Of a stretch of DNA of 64,000 nucleotides, positions 1 to 7,890 are shown in pieces. Source of the DNA: Bacteroidota bacterium. GTDB lineage: Bacteria > Bacteroidota > Bacteroidia > Bacteroidales > VadinHA17. The notes beneath the pieces are model-generated. The model did not search any database and was not told the DNA's origin. It was given only the letters and a program-made list of their open reading frames with translations. Numbering within the stretch: position 1 is the first letter of the stretch; every line of letters starts with the position of its first letter. The position numbers and the translations under genes are program-made. The stretch is from assembly GCA_034659275.1 (NCBI GenBank), contig JAYEGY010000043.1:1517-65516 (forward strand), read 5' to 3'.

Positions 1-1879
1 CGTTCCTGACCTGGCCCATAATCCAGTTAACGGCAGAAACCGGATCATCTGAAAGGCCATCTTCTTTGAACTTTTCATACAGGAAATCAACGGAAGCAAG
101 TATTTCACTCATGCCTTTCTTTTTGTAGTCCAGTATTGTAAGTATTGATTCAAATCTCATTTTGGGATGCTCGTACAGAACCCTGATCATGGGATCTGCT
201 ATTTCAATATGCAGACCTTTTGAATTTATGAAACCACAAAGTTGATAAATTATGTCGTAATTAAAGTTTTTATGTGGTTTCATAGTCCCTTCGATATTCT
301 TGAACCTGTGTCCCAGGAAGGTTCCAATAGGCCTGGGATCAAAGCCAAAATCATTTGCTATTGAGACTATCAGGGGATACAGGTTTTTACTGAGGATATA
401 CTTGTATGTATCTTCAGGTATTCCCCATTTTTTCATCTGCTTTATCCTGTCAGATACAAGATCAGGCAATCGAGCTTTTATCTTTTCAATATCTTCATCA
501 CGTAGTGGAATGGGAGCAGAATCGGTGTCTGGATACATCCTGTCCCTGCCGGGAAGCACTCTCTCGAACATTGTGGTACCGTCGGGGAATGATTTTCTTG
601 TTTCGTTTGGTACACCGTCAAAAGCCATCTGCATTCTTTCTTCCACCGTTTCAAGAGCTGTTGGAATATCTTCGGGTGGCCCCCACAGAATTATAAGAGC
701 ATCATCATCGGAGGCTCCGAGAAAATCTGATATTTTTTTCCATTTACCCTTTGGAAGAACCGGTGCCAGCTCTTCCGAATGAATCATATTGGGCTTTTCA
801 ATACATGCTATAACCTTTAACCTGTCACTTATCTCATCGGCGAATATTTTTCCGGGCTGTGTGAAATGTGAAAGGCTTCCATGGCACATGGGAAGCCTTA
901 CAGCAAAGACCTGCATATCATTATCCAAAGCCCTCTTTACAGGCTCTGACAACAGGGAAGTGTCGTTACCTCTTATTTCACTGTATTCTATTTTCCATTT
1001 TGAAGTATCAGCCACTCTTCCCTTTAGAATATACCTGATATTTAGAAGTGCATATTGCCTGAATGCCTCATTATGAGATAATAAAGGTATCCAATTGTTA
1101 TGAGCAACACCTTTTACCTCGACCCTGCTTCCTCCCTCGCAGCTTACATTCACGTCTTCCCTTCCTGATCCTATGCCCGTGCGAACCTTGCCCGTACTCC
1201 TGTTGAGAAACCTTATATATTCTGCTGCTTCGGCCAGTTCCCCGGGTGTAAACATGTCGGGATAGGTGACTGTTTCAATGAGAGGCATACCAAGCCTGTC
1301 CGTCTTGAAAATGCGGGTATGGCCAATATCTGATATTTCGCGGCATGAATCCTCTTCTATGCTCAATTGTATTATTCTTACCTTTTTGTTACTCAGTTCA
1401 ATCTCACCTTCCACGCCCAGAATTGCTGATCTCTGAAACCCGGTCGGAATACTGCCATCAAGATATTGTTTTCGGATAATGTGCACTTCACCCACTATGT
1501 TAAGCTTACACAAGAGTGATATTTCAAGTGCTATGTCGAGGGCTTTCCTGTCAATGGGGAAGGGAGGTGTATCATCAACTTCATAGGTGCAGGCATTCTC
1601 ATTATTTATACGGTAGATTATCTCTTTACGTGTCTTAAATTCCATCAGTGCAGTGCCGTCATATTCCCCAAGCTCACTCAGGGTGGGACGCATGTGTCTT
1701 ATTACTTCAGCATCATAATCATTGTTATCATGGTAGATGCCCGCCGGGCAACGACAAAAAAGCTTGCTTTCGGTATCCAGCTGCTGGTGTACCTCCAGCC
1801 CTGATTTAAATCCTATCCTCCGGTAGTCCTTTTCAGAAGCTTCATGCAGACCAACATAGCCGATCTGTTTGCGGGTGGA
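1..1879 (-). CDS. gatE: GatE-like Glu-tRNA(Gln) amidotransferase subunit E (GatB/GatE catalytic family). The C-terminus runs off the window start and the 5' start is unresolved.
   Basis: My translation of the minus frame (codon starts = 1 mod 3) is open from 1879 to position 1. Motifs seen: DYRRIGFKSGLEVHQQLDTESKLFCRCP, MRPTLSELGEYD, DDTPPFPIDRKAL, IRKQYLDGSIPTGFQRSAIL, TDRLGMPLIETVTYPDM, GSGREDVNVSCEGGSRVEVKGV, and near the end VNWIMGQV. The ORF track omits it because it is edge-truncated. The plus ORFs at 300-1076 are antisense shadows. Confidence 0.7.
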
Positions 1880-2151
1880 TTCATAGTTCTTTTTTGGACT
1901 AAATCTTTTCATCCTTAAATAAATAACGTGAGCAATTTATGTAAGAATGCGGAGATATCAAATTCCTGGTTTCCAGAGTAGAAAAAGGTGATTTAATAAA
2001 TTAAATAATATACTGCCGTATTTATTAATTTATTTCAATTTGGGCTTTTACTTATATAAAATCTTAAACAAAAAAGCGAAAATAATAAATTGGCAGAAAT
2101 TTAATTTTTTTAACCGGCAATGTATCAATCCGGATTTTTCCCAACTATAGA

Positions 2152-3396
2152 TCAATCAAATTTAATGGCTTTTACAGGTCGTATGGTAGCAACAAGCCTT
2201 GACGGTAAAAGTAACATGATTAGTATAATAGATATTGTACCGATGTTAAGGAGTATAAAATGCAGGATATCAATATTTACCGGTACTGTTGTCAGATAAT
2301 ATGAGGAGGGATCAAGGCTGATAAGCTCGAATTTCTTCTGTATGATGGCTAATCCATAGCCTATAATATTTCCCCAGAGAAGCCCGGCTGCTATTATATA
2401 TGTTGCCTGGTTGAGAAAAATTTTCTGGATAAGCTTATTATTCGACCCAAGTGCTTTCAGTATACCTATCATACTGGTTTTTTCAAGAATTAGTATCAGT
2501 AAGCTTGAAATCATTGTAAAAGCTGCAACAAGCAGCATGAGTACCACAATAACAATTACATTGGTGTCCTGAAAATTGAGCCAGTCAAGAATCTGTGGGT
2601 ATTTTATCTTTAGGTTGGTGACCTTTAATTTTTCCTGGTCTTCATCCATTTTGTAACCTATGGCATCTCTGACCATAAAGGTCATCAGGTCAATATCATT
2701 AAAGTTGTCTATGAAAATCTCGAAGCCACTAACCTGGTCCTCATCCCAGCCGTTTAACCTTCGGATATGACCTATATCTCCAAAAATGTATATTTTGTCC
2801 ATGGCCTCCACGCTTGTTTCATATATGCCTTCCACGCTGAATTTTCTCATCCTTGGAGGATCCTGGACAAAGTACATTGCAAAATCATCCCCGAGTCCAA
2901 GATTTAAAAGGTCAGATATCGATTTTGATATTATTACTCTGTTCGACCTGGTGCTGTCATTCAGATTTAGAACAGAACCCTCCACCAGGTTCTTTCTGAA
3001 AAAGCTCCAGTCATAATCAGTGCTGACTCCCTTAAGCACAACACCCTGTATGTTTTCATCTGTTTTTATGATACCTGCCTTTGTGGCAAAAACATGTATA
3101 TTCTCAAACTCTTTGTATTTATCCAGCTTTGATACAAACTCCTGGTTAGATGAGATAGGTGCCGTTTCAAAAGAATAATTGGAGTCGAAGTTTAGCACCT
3201 GTATATGACCGCTGAATCCGGCAATTTTATCCCTTATCTCCTGCTTGAACCCTGTGAGGATGGCAAAAGCAAGTATCATTACAGTGATGCTGAGAGCTAT
3301 GCCTGCAATTACAATCCTGTTGATGGGCCTTGAGAGGCTTAAGCCCTTTCTCCTTTCCCTGATAAGCCTTTTTGATATGAATAACGCGGTTTTCAA
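2152..3396 (-). CDS. FtsX-family ABC transporter permease (LolC/LolE-like, MacB periplasmic core domain)
   Basis: 414 aa with an N-terminal TM, a large periplasmic domain and a C-terminal FtsX 3-TM block (LKALGSNNKLIQKIFL...). The start is TTG. Confidence 0.8.
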   Translation of the reverse strand: MKTALFISKRLIRERRKGLSLSRPINRIVIAGIALSITVMILAFAILTGFKQEIRDKIAGFSGHIQVLNFDSNYSFETAPISSNQEFVSKLDKYKEFENIHVFATKAGIIKTDENIQGVVLKGVSTDYDWSFFRKNLVEGSVLNLNDSTRSNRVIISKSISDLLNLGLGDDFAMYFVQDPPRMRKFSVEGIYETSVEAMDKIYIFGDIGHIRRLNGWDEDQVSGFEIFIDNFNDIDLMTFMVRDAIGYKMDEDQEKLKVTNLKIKYPQILDWLNFQDTNVIVIVVLMLLVAAFTMISSLLILILEKTSMIGILKALGSNNKLIQKIFLNQATYIIAAGLLWGNIIGYGLAIIQKKFELISLDPSSYYLTTVPVNIDILHFILLNIGTISIILIMLLLPSRLVATIRPVKAIKFD

Positions 3397-3505
3397 TTAT
3401 CCTTATTTGCCTTCAAAATTAGCAATTAATAAATAAGTTCATGAGAATTCACGTCAGTTGATTTTTATGCAAGGGGAAAACATAACTTTAAGAAAAATTT
3501 TGATC

Positions 3506-4669
3506 ATGAAATATTTGCTTTTTTTAATAAGTGCTTTATTTGTTTTCCAGGCTTGTAATACATCTGGTGATGATTTTACAATGGGCGCCTCCCGATTTGA
3601 TGAATATGATCATCTTCTGGAAGGTAAGAAGGTTGGTTTTGTAGGAAACCATACAAGTATGGTCGGGAATATACATTTGGTCGATACTCTCCTGTCAAGA
3701 GGTGTGGAAATAATAAAGATCTTTGGGCCAGAACATGGTTTCTGGGGTGGGGGCAATGCCGGTTCGGTGATACTGGATGCAAAACATCCTGTGCATGAGA
3801 TTGAAATTATCAGCCTGTACGGAAAAAAGAAAAAACCTTCAACGGATGACATGCAGGGTATCGAAATAATGATTTTTGATTTGCAGGATGTCGGAGCAAG
3901 ATTCTATACCTATATCTCGACATTACAGTATGTTATGGAAGCGTGTGCGGAGAATGGAACAGAATTGATCGTACTGGATCGTCCCAATCCCAATGGTTTC
4001 TATGTCGACGGGCCTGTTCTTGATACCGCTTATAAATCTTTTGTGGGACTTACTCCCATACCCCTGGTTCATGGGATGACAATAGGTGAATATGCTCTTA
4101 TGCTTAATGGAGAAGGATGGCTGGAAAATGATGTGACCTGTGACCTGCATGTGGTTAAATGCGATAATTACAGTCACGACACATATTACAAACTGCCCAT
4201 GAAGCCTTCTCCTAACCTGCCTGTCATGAACTCAATTTATCTTTATCCCAGTATATGCCTTTTTGAGGGTACTGTATTCAGCTGTGGCCGCGGAACCGAG
4301 ACTCCCTTCCAATTATACGGGCACCCCGATATGCCGGACACCGGATTCAGTTTTACCCCCAGGCCAAATGAGGGAGCATCTGATTCCCGTTTCAATGGCA
4401 TAAAATGTTATGGCACTGACCTGCGGAATGCTATGGAAGAGGGGCTGGTGCCTGTACCCAGACTGCAGTTACGCTGGCTGATAGATGCATATAATGATTT
4501 TCCCGATAAGGAAAATTTCTTTACTTCCTATATAACATTGCTGGCTGGAAATGAAATTCTGAAAGAACAGATAATATCCGGAATGTCAGAGGATGAAATA
4601 AGAGCTACCTGGCAGGATGACCTGGATAAATTCATAAAGATCAGGGAAAAATATTTGTTGTATGATTAA
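3506..4669 (+). CDS. DUF1343 / NamZ-like exo-beta-N-acetylmuramidase family lipoprotein
   Basis: MKYLLFLISALFVFQAC is a lipobox-like signal. GKKVGFVGNHTS, IFGPEHGF and DLQDVGARFYTY are motifs typical of DUF1343. I prefer the internal ATG at 3506 over the track start at 3458. Confidence 0.7.
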   Translation: MKYLLFLISALFVFQACNTSGDDFTMGASRFDEYDHLLEGKKVGFVGNHTSMVGNIHLVDTLLSRGVEIIKIFGPEHGFWGGGNAGSVILDAKHPVHEIEIISLYGKKKKPSTDDMQGIEIMIFDLQDVGARFYTYISTLQYVMEACAENGTELIVLDRPNPNGFYVDGPVLDTAYKSFVGLTPIPLVHGMTIGEYALMLNGEGWLENDVTCDLHVVKCDNYSHDTYYKLPMKPSPNLPVMNSIYLYPSICLFEGTVFSCGRGTETPFQLYGHPDMPDTGFSFTPRPNEGASDSRFNGIKCYGTDLRNAMEEGLVPVPRLQLRWLIDAYNDFPDKENFFTSYITLLAGNEILKEQIISGMSEDEIRATWQDDLDKFIKIREKYLLYD

Positions 4670-4898
4670 GGGGGTGTGGAAAATGCCTTCAACCCCGGGT
4701 GATACCGGGGCTATTGCTATTCAGCGCCTCCGGCGCTGATGAGGCACTGGATAATTAATGCATTATATATCAGTAAAGTAAGAAAGATGTAATTATCAGC
4801 GTTAGCAAAGGATGACAGTCTACTCCTTTATGAATCCAAAACATTATATTGTACAGTCTAAGGCTTAAAGCACATGTATAATCATAAAAAGTATAAAA

Positions 4899-5471
4899 AT
4901 GAAAAAGCTTGTTGTTATTACCTTAATTCTTATAACGGGGATAGCCTGTATGGCCCAGACAAAACAGGATAGCCTGACTACTACCTATATAACAGGAGAT
5001 GTTGTGGAAAAACTGACAACCGAAGAATTGATAATGCTAATCAAAGATCTGGAAGCAATGAAATATGGTCCTGATTACTTAGCCGGGCAGCATCAGCCAA
5101 CTAATTTTTACGAGGAATTCGTAAGTACTGATTTTGTTAAGAGTTTAATGATTTGCATAATCATTAGTACACTATTATTTATTCTCCTGGTGATATCTAT
5201 TCCGCTGTTTTTTAATATGAAAAAAACCCGGAGTTTTCATGCTATGATTAAAGAATTTACAATAAAAGGTCAGGAGATACCTAAGGAATTAATAATATCC
5301 GTATCTCAAAAAAGATCAGATTTTCATAAAGCAATAATTTTAATTTCAACAGGAGCTGCTGTTTCAGTGGCCCTTGCCTTATTGGTTCAGGATGGTAGGA
5401 TCTGGGCTGTGGGTCTTATACCGGCAATTATTGGTATTGGGTATTATATTGCTTACAGGCTTACCAATTAA
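4899..5471 (+). CDS. hypothetical membrane protein (signal peptide plus 3 predicted TM), first gene of the ECF sigma cluster
   Basis: 190-aa ORF with an N-terminal signal-like segment and hydrophobic helices. It ends 8 nt upstream of the sigma factor gene. Confidence 0.5.
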   Translation: MKKLVVITLILITGIACMAQTKQDSLTTTYITGDVVEKLTTEELIMLIKDLEAMKYGPDYLAGQHQPTNFYEEFVSTDFVKSLMICIIISTLLFILLVISIPLFFNMKKTRSFHAMIKEFTIKGQEIPKELIISVSQKRSDFHKAIILISTGAAVSVALALLVQDGRIWAVGLIPAIIGIGYYIAYRLTN

Positions 5472-5479
5472 AAATTGAT

Positions 5480-5995
5480 ATGCCAGATATCGAGGATAGC
5501 CTGATTAAAAGAATTGTCTTACTTAATGATCATGAGGCATTTGGAAAACTGGTTGATATGCATCAGGCAGATGTCAGGGGCTTATTATTTAAATTAGCAG
5601 GAGGAAATTATGCACTGACCGACGACCTGTCACAGGAAGTTTTTATCAGGGTATTCAAGCATATAAGAAAATATAAAGCCAGGGCGAAGTTCTCAACATG
5701 GCTTTACCGTATAGCGCTCAATGTGTTTTATGATTATCAAAAAAACAGGAAGAATCAGTTAGAGATAAAGAATGAATACACAGTGCAAATAGAGGAATCA
5801 ATAGAAAACACTATTGATATATTGAGGGCACTGGAAATATTAAATTCAAAGGAAAGGGCGGCGATTATTTTAAATTATGAAAAGGGATGTACACATGGTG
5901 AAATTGCAAAAATAATGAGGATACCTGTAGGAACAGTTAAATCATGTATCAGAAGAGGTAAGTTAAAACTTAAGAAATATTTCAAATATGAGTAA
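5480..5995 (+). CDS. ECF-type RNA polymerase sigma-70 factor
   Basis: 171 aa. The region 2 pattern is DLSQEVFIRVFKHIRKY...FSTWLYRIALNV. The region 4 HTH is CTHGEIAKIMRIPVGTVKSCIRRGK. Confidence 0.85.
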   Translation: MPDIEDSLIKRIVLLNDHEAFGKLVDMHQADVRGLLFKLAGGNYALTDDLSQEVFIRVFKHIRKYKARAKFSTWLYRIALNVFYDYQKNRKNQLEIKNEYTVQIEESIENTIDILRALEILNSKERAAIILNYEKGCTHGEIAKIMRIPVGTVKSCIRRGKLKLKKYFKYE

Positions 5996-6332
5996 TAAAG
6001 AGGATTTTGACATTTTTTTGGAGAAACAGTTCAGGGAAACAGGCCCAAACTTTACTGATGATTATTTCAGGAACAAAGTACTTGAAAACCTGCCGGAACA
6101 AAAAAAAGATAATCGCACAAGAAACTTGATTCTGTATGTTTCTGTAATACTGTCATGTGCTATATCCTTCGTCATCATAGATTTAAACATCATCAAAAAC
6201 ATTGTAAATGAAATTCTTAATTTGTTGATTTACCATAAACACCCATCACTTGAGACTGTATTATTTACCCTGACATTTCTTATTATCCTGTGTGTAATTC
6301 CTAAGATCGAATATAGCGATGGCATATCATAA
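5988..6332 (+). CDS. putative membrane anti-sigma factor (small 2-TM protein)
   Basis: 114 aa. It overlaps the sigma gene by 8 nt and has a cytoplasmic N-terminus followed by two hydrophobic helices. The call rests on position only. Confidence 0.4.
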   Translation: MSNKEDFDIFLEKQFRETGPNFTDDYFRNKVLENLPEQKKDNRTRNLILYVSVILSCAISFVIIDLNIIKNIVNEILNLLIYHKHPSLETVLFTLTFLIILCVIPKIEYSDGIS

Positions 6333-6350
6333 CCCGAAGAAATAATGGCA

Positions 6351-6378
6351 GTAGAGACGCAAGATCTTGCGTCTCTAC
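6351..6378. terminator. perfect 13-bp palindrome between convergent genes (candidate bidirectional terminator)
   Basis: gtagagacgcaag-at-cttgcgtctctac. It lies in the 42-bp gap between the anti-sigma ORF and the aminotransferase, and its 3' arm overlaps the aminotransferase TAG stop. There is no clean U-tract. Confidence 0.4.
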
Positions 6379-7571
6379 TTGCTTCCGGGATAAACTTTCA
6401 GTGCTTCAGCAAGGGTTTCCATGGCATTCTTGAGATCATTGGTATTCAGCACATATGCTATTCTTACCTCATCAGTGCCCAGGCCGGGTGTTGAATAAAA
6501 GCCTGATGCCGGTGCGAGCATGACCGTCTGGTTTTTATATTCAAAATCCTCGAGCAGCCATTGAGAAAATTTATCTGTGTCATCAACAGGTAGTTTAACG
6601 GTACTGTAAAAGGCCCCTTTGGGTTTCGGACAGTATACACCCGGCATCTTATTCAGTGCTTCCACCATAAAGTCACGCCTTGCTATATATTCATTATATA
6701 CATCATCGAAATACTCCTGTGGTGTATCAATAGATGCTTCACCTACGATCTGCCCCAGGCCGGGAGGGCTGAGTCTTGCCTGTGCAAACTTGAGTGCGGC
6801 AGCAAGCACATCTTTATTTTTGGTTATCAGTGCACCTATCCTTACTCCACACTCGCTGTATCGTTTTGACACTGAATCCAGCAGTATGACATTCTCATCA
6901 ACACCTTCCAGGTACATAGCAGAGAAGTGTTTTTCCCCGTCGTAGCAGAACTCCCTGTACACTTCATCAGAAAAAAGGAAGAGGTCATTTTTGAGGACTA
7001 TATCCTGTAACTGGCGGATCTCATTTTCAGTATAGAGGTAACCGGTAGGGTTATTGGGATTGCATATCAATATACCCTTTGTTTTTTTGCTTATCTTCTT
7101 CTCTATCTCGCTGACAGGAGGGAGGGCAAAGTCATCTTCTATTTTTGATGTCACAGGTACAATTTTTACCCCTGCGGCAGTGGCAAAACCGTTATAATTG
7201 GCATAGAGCGGTTCCGGCGTGATAACTTCATCGCCCGGGTCCAGGCAGCTCATAAAGGCAAAGAGTACAGCTTCGGAACCACCTGCGGTTATTATGATCT
7301 CGGTATGGTCAATATTGATTCCCACATTCTGGTAATAACCTGCTAGCTTCCTGCGGTACGATTCGTTGCCTGCGGAGTGACTGTAGACAATTACTTTATC
7401 CTGCATATTCTTAAGGGCATCCAGGGCAACCTTAGGCGTATCGATGTCGGGCTGCCCGATATTAAGATGATAGACTTTGCGTCCTTTTCTTTTTGCTTCC
7501 TCGGCATATGGTACAAGCTTCCTGATCGGGGAGGCAGGCATTGCTTTTCCTTTTTCTGAAATCTGTGGCAT
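6375..7571 (-). CDS. PLP-dependent aminotransferase, class I/II (AspC/AlaA-like)
   Basis: 398 aa with IRKLVPYAEEAK...YHLNIGQPD, NPNNPTG, and the SVSKRYSECGVRIG motif that carries the PLP lysine. Confidence 0.85.
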   Translation of the reverse strand: MPQISEKGKAMPASPIRKLVPYAEEAKRKGRKVYHLNIGQPDIDTPKVALDALKNMQDKVIVYSHSAGNESYRRKLAGYYQNVGINIDHTEIIITAGGSEAVLFAFMSCLDPGDEVITPEPLYANYNGFATAAGVKIVPVTSKIEDDFALPPVSEIEKKISKKTKGILICNPNNPTGYLYTENEIRQLQDIVLKNDLFLFSDEVYREFCYDGEKHFSAMYLEGVDENVILLDSVSKRYSECGVRIGALITKNKDVLAAALKFAQARLSPPGLGQIVGEASIDTPQEYFDDVYNEYIARRDFMVEALNKMPGVYCPKPKGAFYSTVKLPVDDTDKFSQWLLEDFEYKNQTVMLAPASGFYSTPGLGTDEVRIAYVLNTNDLKNAMETLAEALKVYPGSK

Positions 7572-7890
7572 ATCTTAAGTTTTTATATGGGTTCAACAAC
7601 ACAAAGTTAAGTCTTCAGGATTTAAAAAGGAATGATTTATAACATTTAATTTGGAACCGAGCAGTGCGAGTGTGCTGAAAGCATACGAGTGCTGTGAGCT
7701 CGAGAGCGGCAAGTGATTGTGGCTTGTGGGGGCGAGCAATGATGGAATAATGGGAGATAATTCTCAAATCGACATTCGATATTCGATATTCTACATTCAA
7801 AATCTTAGTTTAAAGTTCTTAAGGTCATATCTTATGTATGGTTTAATATTAATGTTTATTTTTGCACTTCATAAAATGCTTATTGCAACA

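Noticed and set aside
300-1076. Plus-strand ORFs 300..782, 406..696 and 789..1076
   Set aside because: They are low-complexity, Ser/Ile-rich translations lying antisense to a well-supported GatE-like reading frame. They are shadow ORFs.
7717-7890. N-terminal 58-codon extension of valS given by the ORF track
   Set aside because: The extension is hydrophobic and low-complexity and covers the AT-rich leader. The ATG at 7891 gives the canonical MDIPSKYKP...ESKWY start and the expected length.
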